A stretch of DNA of 64,000 nucleotides from Actinomycetota bacterium (GTDB lineage Bacteria > Actinomycetota > Acidimicrobiia > Acidimicrobiales > CADCSY01): contig JADDQY010000035.1 of the NCBI GenBank assembly GCA_016781135.1, positions 17,764 to 81,763 of the forward strand, in the 5' to 3' direction. The first letter of the stretch is position 1. Each line of letters begins with the position of its first letter. The translations under genes and the position numbers were made by a program. Below are positions 43,452 to 52,531 of this stretch, in pieces. The notes beneath the pieces are model-generated. The model saw only the letters and a program-made list of their open reading frames with translations. It was not told the DNA's origin and did no database searches.

Positions 43452-44981
43452 ATGGAGGACCTCCCGCTTCTGAGCGCGCTGGTCGTCGCGCCCGCGGCTG
43501 GCGCCGGGACCGTGGCCCTGATGCCGAGGGACCGGCCCAACGCCACCCGCACGGTCGCGGTGCTCACCACCTTGGTGGTGGCGGTGCTGAGCGTCCTGGT
43601 GCTGGTCGCCTTCGACACCACCGACGCCGGGTTCCAGTTCACCGAGCGCTACCCCTGGATCGACGACTTCGGCATCGCCTGGTACCTGGGCGTCGACGGC
43701 ATCTCGCTGTTCCTCGTCGTGCTCACCGGTCTGCTGTTCCCGATCGCGGTGATCGGCGTCCGCCCTCACCACGACCCCAAGGCGTACCTCGCCTGGTTGC
43801 TGCTGCTCGAAGCCGGCTGCCTGGGGGTGTTCGTCGCTCTCGACCTGTTCGTGTTCTTCGTGATGTTCGAGATCGTGCTCGTGCCCATGTACTTCCTCAT
43901 CGGCGGGTGGGGCTACGGGGAGCGGGTCTACGCCGCGCTCAAGTTCTTCCTGTTCACGATGCTGGGTTCGGCGTTCATGCTGGTCGGGATCCTCGCCGTG
44001 GCGTTCCTCCACGAACGGGCCACCGGCGTGCTCACCTTCGACTTGGTGGTGCTGGCCGAGGCCCAGGGCGCCATCGCCGCGACCACTGCCCGCTGGCTGT
44101 TCCTGGCCTTCGCCATCGCCTTCGCCGTGAAGGTGCCGGTGTTCCCGCTCCACACCTGGTTACCCGACGCCCACACCCAGGCCCCCACCGCCGGCTCGGT
44201 GATCCTGGCCGGAGTCATGCTCAAGCTCGGCACCTACGGGTTCCTGCGCTTCGGGCTCTACCTGTTCCCCGAGGCTGCTGCCTACTTCGCCCCGGCGCTG
44301 GTCACCCTCGGGGTCGTGGGCATCATCTACGGCGCGGTCGTCGCCGCCATGCAGCGCGACCTCAAGCGCCTGGTGGCCTACTCCTCGGTGGCCCACCTGG
44401 GCTTCATCGTGCTCGGCACCTTCGCCTTCACCACTCCGGCCCTCTCCGGGGGCGTCATGCAGATGGTGAACCACGGCATCTCCACCGGCGCCCTGTTCCT
44501 CCTCGTGGGCATGATCTCCGACCGGCGCCACACCCGCGAGATCTCCAAGCTCAACGGGCTGCAGAAAGCCGCGCCGTTGCTCGCCGGTGTGTTCACCGTG
44601 GTCATGCTCTCCTCCATCGGTCTCCCCGGGCTCAACAACTTCGTCGGGGAGTTCCTGGTGCTCATCGGGAGCTTCCCCACCCGTCGGTGGTGGACGGTGG
44701 TGGCCACCGTCGGGGTGATCCTCGCTGCCGTGTACCTCCTGTGGGCCTACCAACGGGTGTTCCACGGCGTCCCCGACGACGAGAACGCCTCGACGCCCGA
44801 CATGACTCGCCGCGAGCTGGCGGTCATGGCCCCGCTGCTGGCGGCCATGGTGTTCCTCGGCGTCTACCCCAAGCCGGTGCTCGACCGCATCGAGCCCGCC
44901 GTCGACCGGCTCATCGCCCACGTAGAGGACAGCTCCGGCTTCAGCCAACCCCAGATCGTGGCCGAGGGGCGGAGCGAATGA
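43452..44981 (+). CDS. nuoM: NADH-quinone oxidoreductase subunit M
   Basis: 509 aa from ATG 43452. FEIVLVPMYFLIGGWG, KVPVFPLHTWLPDAHTQAPTAGSVILAGV and LVAYSSVAHLG. The track ORF 41511..44981 is a frame fusion artefact upstream. Confidence 0.92.
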   Translation: MEDLPLLSALVVAPAAGAGTVALMPRDRPNATRTVAVLTTLVVAVLSVLVLVAFDTTDAGFQFTERYPWIDDFGIAWYLGVDGISLFLVVLTGLLFPIAVIGVRPHHDPKAYLAWLLLLEAGCLGVFVALDLFVFFVMFEIVLVPMYFLIGGWGYGERVYAALKFFLFTMLGSAFMLVGILAVAFLHERATGVLTFDLVVLAEAQGAIAATTARWLFLAFAIAFAVKVPVFPLHTWLPDAHTQAPTAGSVILAGVMLKLGTYGFLRFGLYLFPEAAAYFAPALVTLGVVGIIYGAVVAAMQRDLKRLVAYSSVAHLGFIVLGTFAFTTPALSGGVMQMVNHGISTGALFLLVGMISDRRHTREISKLNGLQKAAPLLAGVFTVVMLSSIGLPGLNNFVGEFLVLIGSFPTRRWWTVVATVGVILAAVYLLWAYQRVFHGVPDDENASTPDMTRRELAVMAPLLAAMVFLGVYPKPVLDRIEPAVDRLIAHVEDSSGFSQPQIVAEGRSE

Positions 44982-45000
44982 GGACGCATCGCTGCGGGGG

Positions 45001-46542
45001 GTGCCCGTGATCGCCCAGCTCGAGCCCGTCGCCACCCCGGGGATCGACTGGTTCGCCATCTCCCCGCTGCTGGTGCTGGTGGGCGCCGCCCTGTTCCTGC
45101 TCACCGCCGCCGCCCTCACCACCACCACCCCGCCGAAGGGTTTCTACGCCCTGTTCACGGTGGTCAGTGCCGTGGTGGCCATCGCGTGCTCGGCGCTGCT
45201 GTGGGAACGGGTCACCGACCCGACCGAGGGCGCCTTCGCCGCCATCGCCGGCGCCGTCACCATCGACGGCTTCAGCGTGTTCTTCGCCGTGGTGATCTCG
45301 GTGGCCATCGCCCTCGGTGCCCTCTCTGCCGACGACTACCTGCGACGGGAGGGCCTCGACGGGCCCGAGCTGTACGTGCTCATGCTGCTGTCGGGGGCGG
45401 GCGGGGTGGTCATGGCCATGGCCAACGACCTCATCGTCGTGTTCCTCGGGCTCGAGACGCTCTCCATCGCCTTGTACGTGATGGCCGGGTTCCACCTGCG
45501 GCGCCTCGAGTCGCAGGAGTCGGCCATCAAGTACTTCGTGCTCGGGTCGTTCTCCTCGGCGTTCCTGCTGTACGGGATCGCCCTGGTCTACGGGGCCACC
45601 GGTTCGACCAACTTCAGCCAGATCGCCCGTTTCCTGTCCGGCAACGTGCTGATCGCCAACGGCTTGCTCTTCGCCGGCTTCGCCTTGTTGCTGGTCGGGC
45701 TGGGGTTCAAGGTGGCCGCCGTCCCCTTCCACGTGTGGACTCCCGACGTCTACCAGGGGGCGCCGACCCCCGTCACCGGGTTCATGGCCTCGGCAGCCAA
45801 AGCGGCGGGCTTCGCCGCCCTGCTCCGGGTCTTCATGTCGACCTTCGAGCTCTACCGGGTCGACTGGAGGCCGATCATGTGGGTCCTCGCCGTGCTCACC
45901 CTGGTGGTGGGCTCGTTCCTGGCCATCGTGCAGAACGACGTGAAGCGCATGCTCGCCTACAGCTCGATCAGCCACGCCGGGTTCGTGCTCGTCGGTGTCC
46001 AGGCGGCGAGCGACCGGGGGGTCGCCGGTGCGCTGTTCTACCTGCTCGCCTACACCTTCATGGTGGTGGGCAGCTTCGGCGTCGTCGCCCTGGTCGGTGG
46101 TCGCGGCGACGCCGCCCACGACCTGTCGTCCTACCGCGCTCTGTCGGCTCGCCGCCCGGTGCTGGCCCTCGTCTTCACCGTGTTGCTGTTGGCCCAGGCC
46201 GGCGTCCCCCTCACCTCGGGTTTCCTGGCCAAGTTCTACGTCATCGGCGCTGCCGTGGAGTCCAACAGCTACGCCTTGGCCCTGGTCGCCATGGTCTCGG
46301 CGGTGGTGTCGGCGTTCGTCTACCTGCGCATCACGGTCGCCATGTACATGTCAGACGCCGACGCCATGGACGGCGCGCCGGCCGGCGAGCCCTCTCCACC
46401 TGCCGGCGTTCGGGTGCCGCCGGCCGCTGCCCTCGGCCTGGCCGTGGCGGTCGCCTTCACCATCGCCGTGGGGCTGCTCCCCTCGGCCGTGGTCGACTTC
46501 ACCCGTGACGCCGTCCCCGTCCTCGTCAGCGTCGGCCCCTAG
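45001..46542 (+). CDS. nuoN: NADH-quinone oxidoreductase subunit N
   Basis: 513 aa. LETLSIALYVMAG, FKVAAVPFHVWTPDVYQGAPTPVTGF and MLAYSSISHAGF. Confidence 0.92.
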   Translation: MPVIAQLEPVATPGIDWFAISPLLVLVGAALFLLTAAALTTTTPPKGFYALFTVVSAVVAIACSALLWERVTDPTEGAFAAIAGAVTIDGFSVFFAVVISVAIALGALSADDYLRREGLDGPELYVLMLLSGAGGVVMAMANDLIVVFLGLETLSIALYVMAGFHLRRLESQESAIKYFVLGSFSSAFLLYGIALVYGATGSTNFSQIARFLSGNVLIANGLLFAGFALLLVGLGFKVAAVPFHVWTPDVYQGAPTPVTGFMASAAKAAGFAALLRVFMSTFELYRVDWRPIMWVLAVLTLVVGSFLAIVQNDVKRMLAYSSISHAGFVLVGVQAASDRGVAGALFYLLAYTFMVVGSFGVVALVGGRGDAAHDLSSYRALSARRPVLALVFTVLLLAQAGVPLTSGFLAKFYVIGAAVESNSYALALVAMVSAVVSAFVYLRITVAMYMSDADAMDGAPAGEPSPPAGVRVPPAAALGLAVAVAFTIAVGLLPSAVVDFTRDAVPVLVSVGP

Positions 46543-46572
46543 CCGCCCGACGCCAGGTCGTGCTCCTTTCCT

Positions 46573-46602
46573 TTGGCCAGATCTGAAGGCGATCACTAGG
46601 CT
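46573..46602 (+). promoter_or_regulatory. candidate promoter of the second nuo operon (TTGGCC-18-TAGGCT) with an embedded Rex-like site TCTGAAGGCGATCACT
   Basis: Lies in the low-GC 68-nt spacer. The -10 ends 8 nt before GTG 46611, so the transcript would be near-leaderless. The operator-like element (46582..46597) shares the core TGAAGGCGAnCAC with the rex promoter site. Confidence 0.35.
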
Positions 46603-46610
46603 GCGCGAGA

Positions 46611-46976
46611 GTGTCTGAGTTCCTGCGTGCCTACCTGACCGTGGCCGTGTTCGCCGGAGCCGCCGGCCTGCTGGTGCTGGCGTTGTCGACGGTGGGACGA
46701 CTCCTTCGCCCGTCCCGCCCCACTCGTGAGAAGGCCATCTCCTATGAGAGCGGCGTCGACCCGGTCGGGCCGGGGTTCGGCCAGAGCCAAGTCCGCTACT
46801 ACATCTTCGCCCTGCTGTTCGTGCTGTTCGACGTGGAGGCGGTCTACATCTTCCCCTGGGCGCTCCGGCTGGAGGAGTACGGTGGCTTCGGGCTGGTGGA
46901 AATGGCCATCTTCATCGTCATACTCGCTCTCGGACTGGTGTACGCCTGGCGGAAGGGAGTGCTGCGGTGGGTCTGA
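46611..46976 (+). CDS. nuoA2: NADH-quinone oxidoreductase subunit A, second copy
   Basis: 121 aa. [30 protein letters not shown]. Confidence 0.9.
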   Translation: MSEFLRAYLTVAVFAGAAGLLVLALSTVGRLLRPSRPTREKAISYESGVDPVGPGFGQSQVRYYIFALLFVLFDVEAVYIFPWALRLEEYGGFGLVEMAIFIVILALGLVYAWRKGVLRWV

Positions 46977-47467
46977 TCGAGCGGGGGAAGCTGCCCAAGC
47001 CCCTGAGCCACCTTCTCGGGCTCAGCCGTAGCTACTCGCTGTGGGTCTACCAGTGGGGGCTGGCCTGCTGCGCCATCGAGATGGGAGCGTGCTTCGGCTC
47101 GCCCCGCTACGACGTGATGCGCCTCGGCGTGATCCCGTTCCCCGTCAGCCCTCGCCAAGCCGACCTGGTCGTGGTCTCGGGCACGGTCACCGACAAGCTG
47201 GCTCCGGCCCTCCGCCGCCTCTACGAGCAGATGCCCGAGCCCAAGTACGTCATCTCCATGGGCAGCTGCGCGAACTCCGGTGGGCCCTACTGGGACTCCT
47301 ACTCGGTCACCAAAGGCGTCGACCAGATCATTCCCGTCGACGTGTACGTGCCCGGATGCCCGCCTCGGCCCGAAGCCCTGCTGGAGGGCATCGTGATGCT
47401 CCAGCAGCGCATCCGCGACGAGGACATGGCCGAGCGCTGGAAGGGAGACCCGATTGTCGTCGGCTGA
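46967..47467 (+). CDS. nuoB2: NADH-quinone oxidoreductase subunit B, second copy
   Basis: 166 aa. [24 protein letters not shown]. Confidence 0.9.
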   Translation: MGLIERGKLPKPLSHLLGLSRSYSLWVYQWGLACCAIEMGACFGSPRYDVMRLGVIPFPVSPRQADLVVVSGTVTDKLAPALRRLYEQMPEPKYVISMGSCANSGGPYWDSYSVTKGVDQIIPVDVYVPGCPPRPEALLEGIVMLQQRIRDEDMAERWKGDPIVVG

Positions 47468-48614
47468 GCCGGGGGCCGGGGACGATCCAGCCCGACGTCC
47501 CTCGCTGCCGGCGGAGGAGGTCACCGACCCGACGCTGCGGGCCGAGGTCGACAACCCGGCTGACGCCAACGTCCCGACCGGCGCTGAGGCTGCCCCGGGC
47601 GGAGGGACGAGCGCGGCCGACGCACCGCCGCTGCCCGCTGCCGGCGCCCCGGCTGAGCTCTCGAGCGAACAGACGCCCCCGCAGGGACAGCAGCGGGGTG
47701 CCGCCGGGCCGGACCAGGGGTTGGCCGACGTGGCCGGCGGCGACGCCGGGTCGCCGGAGAGCAGCGGCCACACCGGCACGGACCCGCCGGTGCCGGCTGC
47801 CCCGGCGAACCCGCCACCGGTCCAAGGGGGAGCCACCGTCCCGGAGCAGCCTCCGGCGACGCCTCGGGCCGTGGCCGCCGAGGGGGCGCTCGCCCGCCAG
47901 GCCAAGGCCGAGCAGGCTGACCAGGCGGCCGAGGCCGCCGCCGGCGCCGGGCTCGGGGAGGAACCGGATCCGGGGCTCGACCAGCCCCGCCGCGACCTGG
48001 TCGAGCGCCTCGGCACCGCCCTCGATGGCGGGGTGCTCGACGTGCACATCGTCCCCGGCGTCGATGTGTGGGTGCGGGTGGGCATCGACCACTGGCACCG
48101 GGCCTTCGAGGTGTGCCGCCACCACCTCGGGCTCACCTACTTCGACTTCCTCTCGGCCATCGACTGGCTGCCCTCGCCCTTCGGGCGGAGCGAGGACACC
48201 GGTACCGACGAGGACGCTGGCGCCGACGACCGGGCCGCCGGCCCCGGAGGCCCCGGCGAGCTCGAGCACGGGGTGACCGGGGGGAGCACCCGCTTCCAGC
48301 TGCTGGCCCGGCTGGTGTCGCCCACCAGCCACCTCGGGTTGACCCTCAAGGCCGACGTCGACGACGTCGAGCTCCGGGCGCCGACGGTCTCGGATCTCTA
48401 CCCCGGGGCCGACTGGCACGAGCGCGAGACGTGGGAGATGTACGGCATCGACTTCGTCGGGCACCCCAACCTCGTGCACCTCTACCTCCCGGGCGCGTTC
48501 GAGGGCCACCCGCTGCGCAAGGACTTCCCCCTCCTGGCCCGTGAGGTCAAGCCCTGGCCCGGGCTGGTCGACGTCGAGGCCATGCCCGGCGAAGCCGAAG
48601 CAGCGTCATCGTGA
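47454..48614 (+). CDS. nuoC2: NADH-quinone oxidoreductase subunit C, second copy, with ~185-aa disordered N-terminal extension
   Basis: 386 aa. The C-terminal domain has [18 protein letters not shown] and [10 protein letters not shown]. The N-terminus is Pro/Ala/Gly/Glu-rich but keeps high GC3. The TTG 47454 start is uncertain. Confidence 0.8.
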   Translation: MSSAEPGAGDDPARRPSLPAEEVTDPTLRAEVDNPADANVPTGAEAAPGGGTSAADAPPLPAAGAPAELSSEQTPPQGQQRGAAGPDQGLADVAGGDAGSPESSGHTGTDPPVPAAPANPPPVQGGATVPEQPPATPRAVAAEGALARQAKAEQADQAAEAAAGAGLGEEPDPGLDQPRRDLVERLGTALDGGVLDVHIVPGVDVWVRVGIDHWHRAFEVCRHHLGLTYFDFLSAIDWLPSPFGRSEDTGTDEDAGADDRAAGPGGPGELEHGVTGGSTRFQLLARLVSPTSHLGLTLKADVDDVELRAPTVSDLYPGADWHERETWEMYGIDFVGHPNLVHLYLPGAFEGHPLRKDFPLLAREVKPWPGLVDVEAMPGEAEAASS

Positions 48615-48630
48615 GGGCCACGCCGTGAGC

Positions 48631-49797
48631 ATGCTCACCGAACACCAGCAGCGGGCCTATATCGGCGGCCAGGCCGCCGAGGCCCGGGTCAACCTCGAGC
48701 TCGAGACCGACGGGATGACCCTCAACATCGGGCCCCAGCACCCGGCGACCCACGGCACGCTGCGCATCATCACCCGCCTCGACGGCGAGCAGGTGATCTC
48801 CGCCGAGCCGGTGATGGGCTACATGCACCGGGGCTACGAGAAGCTCACCGAGGTCCGTACGTACCCCCAGATCAACACCCTGATCAACCGCATCGACTGG
48901 CTCAGCAGCTTCGCCAACGAGGTGCCGTTCATCCTCGCCGCCGAGCGGCTCATGGAGATCGAGGCGCCACCCCGGGCGCAGTGGATCCGCACGATTTTCT
49001 TCGAGCTCAGCCGGATCGCCAACATCACCCTGTTCCTGGGCGAGATGGGCGTGCAGCTGGGCGCGATCACCGCGGTCTTCTACGCCTTCCGCGATCGGGA
49101 GCACGTGCTCAACCAGATCGAGGCGGCGACCGGGGGCCGCTTCCACCCGAACTACGACCGCATCGGGGGGCTGAAGGAAGACCTGCCCAAGGGGTGGGTG
49201 GCCGAGACCAAGTCGGTGATGGCCAAGGTGCGCGACTTCTGCGACGAGATGGAGACCTTGGTCGGCACCAACGAGATCTTCGAGACCCGCACCCGGGGCA
49301 TCGGGGTCATCCCCGTCGAGGTGGCCCTCGGCTACGGGCTGTCGGGGGCGAACATCCGGGCCTCCGGCCTCGACTGGGACCTGCGTCGCGACAGCGACAC
49401 CCCTCTGGCCTGGAAGGAGGTCGACTGGAAGGTCTGGACCCACCCCGACGGCGACAGCTTCGCCCGCTACTGGGTCCGCCTCCAAGAGACCCGGGAGGCG
49501 ACGCTGATCGTCGACCAGCTGCTCGACGGCCTGCCGGCGGGGCCGATCATGGCCAAGGTGCCCCGCATCATCAAGGTGCCGCCGGGGGAGGCGTGGGTCG
49601 CCACCGAGAACCCGCTCGGCGAGATGGGCTACTACCTCGTCAGCAAGGGCGACCTGGGCCCGTTCCGGGTCAAGATCCGCACGCCCTCGTTCAACAACAT
49701 CTCGATCGTCCCCTGGGTGCTCAAGGGCGTCTACGTTCCCGACGTGATCACCATCCTGGCCAGCCTCTACTTCATCCTCGGCGACATCGACCGATGA
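48631..49797 (+). CDS. nuoD2: NADH-quinone oxidoreductase subunit D, second copy
   Basis: 388 aa from ATG 48631 (or GTG 48625). NIGPQHPATHGTLR, INRIDWLSSF and a C-terminal [10 protein letters not shown]. Confidence 0.9.
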   Translation: MLTEHQQRAYIGGQAAEARVNLELETDGMTLNIGPQHPATHGTLRIITRLDGEQVISAEPVMGYMHRGYEKLTEVRTYPQINTLINRIDWLSSFANEVPFILAAERLMEIEAPPRAQWIRTIFFELSRIANITLFLGEMGVQLGAITAVFYAFRDREHVLNQIEAATGGRFHPNYDRIGGLKEDLPKGWVAETKSVMAKVRDFCDEMETLVGTNEIFETRTRGIGVIPVEVALGYGLSGANIRASGLDWDLRRDSDTPLAWKEVDWKVWTHPDGDSFARYWVRLQETREATLIVDQLLDGLPAGPIMAKVPRIIKVPPGEAWVATENPLGEMGYYLVSKGDLGPFRVKIRTPSFNNISIVPWVLKGVYVPDVITILASLYFILGDIDR

Positions 49798-49967
49798 GAG
49801 AAAACAGCGCGCCGAAGGCGCACGTTTGGCCTTTCTCGGCGGTCGAGCGGAACGGGGCAGCTGGACGGATGGCACCAAGGGGAGGGGCCCGCCCCGAGCG
49901 CCAGCGAGGGGTGAGAGGGGTCCCGCGTGATGACAGGACCCGTCCAGCGGTGGGGGTGGCAACGTGA
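49794..49967 (+). CDS. candidate relay small ORF (57 codons) bridging nuoD2 and nuoH2
   Basis: ATG 49794 forms an ATGA overlap with the nuoD2 stop (49795..49797). The frame is open to TGA 49965..49967, a GTGA overlap with the nuoH2 GTG at 49964. Product [57 protein letters not shown]. Confidence 0.3.
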   Translation: MRENSAPKAHVWPFSAVERNGAAGRMAPRGGARPERQRGVRGVPRDDRTRPAVGVAT

Positions 49968-50995
49968 CGCTCGCGCTGGAGCTCGCCTACTGGCAGCAGC
50001 TCGCCATCAAGGTCCTCGCCATCCTCGTCATCGTGCCCACGGCCACGGCCATCATCGTCCAGACCTTCCTCTTCAAGATGATGGCCCACATGCAGAGCCG
50101 GCTCGGCCCGATGGAGGCCGGCCCCCACGGCACCCTCCAGCTCATGGCCGACGGGGCCAAGTTCGTGCAGAAGGAGCTGCTGGCCCCGGCTCGGGCCGAC
50201 CGGCGGGTGTTCACCCTGGCCCCCGTGGTGGTGCTGCTGTCCACCTTCTTGTTGTTCGTGGTCATCCCCGCTGGTCCGGGCATCGTGGCCGAGAACCTCG
50301 ACCTCGGCATCTTCTTCGCCCTGGCGGTGTCGTCGATCTCGGTCCTCGGCGTGCTCATGGCCGGTTGGGCCTCGGCCAACAAGTACGCCCTCATGGGCGG
50401 GCTGCGGGCGGCCGGTCAGCTCATCGCCTACGAGCTGCCCCTGGTCCTGGCTGTGGTGGGGGTGGTCATCCAGGCAGGCGATCTCAGCCTGCAGGGCATC
50501 GTGCGGGCCCAGGCCGAGGGGGAGATCTTCGGCTTCGGGCTGATCGGTCTGCCGTTCGTGCTCACTCAGTTCCTCGGCTTCGCCCTGTTCCTGATCGCGA
50601 CCCAGGCCGAGCTCACTCAGCCTCCCTTCGACATGCCGGTGGCAGAGTCGGAGCTGGTGGCCGGCTTCCAGGTGGAGTACAGCGGCTTGCAGTTCCTCTA
50701 CTTCTACCTCGGCGAGTTCGGCGCCGCCTTCGCCTTCTCGGCGCTGGCCGCCACCATGTTCCTCGGCGGCTGGTGGGTCCCGGGGCTCGATCTCGAAGGC
50801 GGCCTGCTGGCGAACGTCGTGGGTCCGGTGGTGCTGTTCGCCAAGACGATGGCGGTCGCCTTCGTCATCTTCTGGATCCGCTTCACCTACCCTCGTCTGC
50901 GCGAGGACCAGCTCCAGAGCTTCGCCTGGAAGTACCTCATCCCCCTGTCGCTCGTGAACATCCTGGTGACAGGGGCGTTCAAGGTCATCTTCTAA
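49964..50995 (+). CDS. nuoH2: NADH-quinone oxidoreductase subunit H, second copy
   Basis: 343 aa. [20 protein letters not shown] and [16 protein letters not shown]. Confidence 0.9.
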   Translation: MTLALELAYWQQLAIKVLAILVIVPTATAIIVQTFLFKMMAHMQSRLGPMEAGPHGTLQLMADGAKFVQKELLAPARADRRVFTLAPVVVLLSTFLLFVVIPAGPGIVAENLDLGIFFALAVSSISVLGVLMAGWASANKYALMGGLRAAGQLIAYELPLVLAVVGVVIQAGDLSLQGIVRAQAEGEIFGFGLIGLPFVLTQFLGFALFLIATQAELTQPPFDMPVAESELVAGFQVEYSGLQFLYFYLGEFGAAFAFSALAATMFLGGWWVPGLDLEGGLLANVVGPVVLFAKTMAVAFVIFWIRFTYPRLREDQLQSFAWKYLIPLSLVNILVTGAFKVIF

Positions 50996-51018
50996 CCGCT
51001 CGAGAGGAGGAACAGCCC

Positions 51019-51495
51019 ATGCCCGAGCTCCCCGGTCTGATGAAGGGCCTCAACGTGACCCTGCGCACCATGTTGCGCCCGGCGGTCACCACCCAGTACC
51101 CCCACGTGAAGGAGGCTCCTCCCAGCCGGGCGCGGGGGGTGATCGCCCTCAAGGAGGAGAACTGCACGGTGTGCATGCTCTGCGCCCGGCAGTGCCCGGT
51201 CTGGTGCATCTACATCGAGGGCCACAAGACCAAGGCGCCGCCACGGCGGGCCGGGGGCAAGCCCCGCACGGTGCAGTTGCTCGACCGCTTCGACATCGAC
51301 TACTCGCTGTGCATGTACTGCGGGATCTGCGTGGAGGTGTGCCCCTTCGACGCCCTGTTCTGGAGCCCCGAGTACGAGTACTCCGAGCCCCACATCGCCG
51401 ACCTGCTCCATGACAAGGACCGCCTGGGCCAGTGGATGGAGGCCGTCCCCGAACCGGAGCCGCTCGAGGCCGGCGCCGTGGCCAAGAAGAAGTAG
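51019..51495 (+). CDS. nuoI2: NADH-quinone oxidoreductase subunit I, second copy
   Basis: 158 aa from ATG 51019. SD GAGAGGAGG upstream. [12 protein letters not shown] and [12 protein letters not shown]. Confidence 0.9.
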   Translation: MPELPGLMKGLNVTLRTMLRPAVTTQYPHVKEAPPSRARGVIALKEENCTVCMLCARQCPVWCIYIEGHKTKAPPRRAGGKPRTVQLLDRFDIDYSLCMYCGICVEVCPFDALFWSPEYEYSEPHIADLLHDKDRLGQWMEAVPEPEPLEAGAVAKKK

Positions 51496-51615
51496 AGCGG
51501 GTGCCGACCGGGCCTGGGCGACGCCGCCGACGACTGGCCGCGCCCCCGAAAGCGTGCAAAGGTTCGACGTGCAGCACGGGACCCTTGCACGAGAGGTAGA
51601 TCGGCGGTCTCATCC

Positions 51616-52134
51616 TTGATTGCCCAGAACATCGCCTTCACCATCCTCGCCGCGGTGGCCACGCTGGCCGCCGTGCGAGTGGTGACCACCCGCAACGTCG
51701 TCCACGCCGCCCTCTACCTGGTGATGGTGCTGGCCAGCGTGGGTGCGCTCTACGTGCTGCTGGTCGCCGAGTTCGTGGCCGCGGTGCAGATCCTGATCTA
51801 CATCGGCGCCATCGTCGTACTGTTCTTGTTCGGGATCATGCTCACCCGGGCCACGATCGGCGCCGACGCCGGCCTCGACAACGACCAGCGGTGGATCGCG
51901 GCGGTCACCGGGCTGTTCCTGCTCGGAGTGCTCACCTTCGTGCTGGTCGACGCCTTCGGCGACGACCGCCTGCCCAGTCTCGAGAACATGAGCCGTGAGG
52001 CGCTCACGGCCGAGCGAGGCACCGGCGCCGTGGGCGACGCCATCTTCTCCACCTATCTCGTCCCCTTCGAGGTGGTCTCGGTGCTCCTGCTCGCCGCCCT
52101 GGTCGGCGCCATCGTCCTGGCACGGAGGGAGTGA
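51616..52134 (+). CDS. nuoJ2: NADH-quinone oxidoreductase subunit J, second copy
   Basis: 172 aa. [36 protein letters not shown] start inferred by alignment with nuoJ. Confidence 0.85.
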   Translation: MIAQNIAFTILAAVATLAAVRVVTTRNVVHAALYLVMVLASVGALYVLLVAEFVAAVQILIYIGAIVVLFLFGIMLTRATIGADAGLDNDQRWIAAVTGLFLLGVLTFVLVDAFGDDRLPSLENMSREALTAERGTGAVGDAIFSTYLVPFEVVSVLLLAALVGAIVLARRE

Positions 52135-52214
52135 TGTCGTCGTTCGCTGCGCTCTCGTGCCTGACCGCCGACGTCCGACGGCCGCTGGCCACGCCGGTCG
52201 GGGAAGGAACCTGA
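52134..52214 (+). CDS. candidate relay small ORF (26 codons) bridging nuoJ2 and nuoK2
   Basis: ATG 52134 overlaps the nuoJ2 TGA (52132..52134). TGA 52212..52214 overlaps the nuoK2 ATG (52214). Product MSSFAALSCLTADVRRPLATPVGEGT. Confidence 0.3.
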   Translation: MSSFAALSCLTADVRRPLATPVGEGT

Positions 52215-52522
52215 TGCTGGTCAACCAGTTCCTGCTGCTCGGGGCCGTGCTGTTCTGCGTCGGGGTCTACGGCGTGCTCGCCCGGCGCAACGGCGTGCTC
52301 GTGCTCATGTCCATCGAGCTCATCCTCAACGCCGTCAACATCAACCTGCTGGCCCTGGGGTCGCTCCAGGGGCCGCAGGCGGCGGTGGTCGGGCAGGTCT
52401 TCGCCCTGTTCGTGATCACCATCGCCGCCGCCGAGGTGGGCGTTGGCCTGGCCATCGTGCTGCTCATCTACCGCAACCGCCACTCGGTCGACCTCGACGA
52501 GGTCGACCTCATGAAGGGGTAG
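52214..52522 (+). CDS. nuoK2: NADH-quinone oxidoreductase subunit K, second copy
   Basis: 102 aa from ATG 52214. RRNGVLVLMSIELILNAVNINL, AAAEVGVGLAI. Confidence 0.9.
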   Translation: MLVNQFLLLGAVLFCVGVYGVLARRNGVLVLMSIELILNAVNINLLALGSLQGPQAAVVGQVFALFVITIAAAEVGVGLAIVLLIYRNRHSVDLDEVDLMKG

Positions 52523-52531
52523 CGGCAGGCG

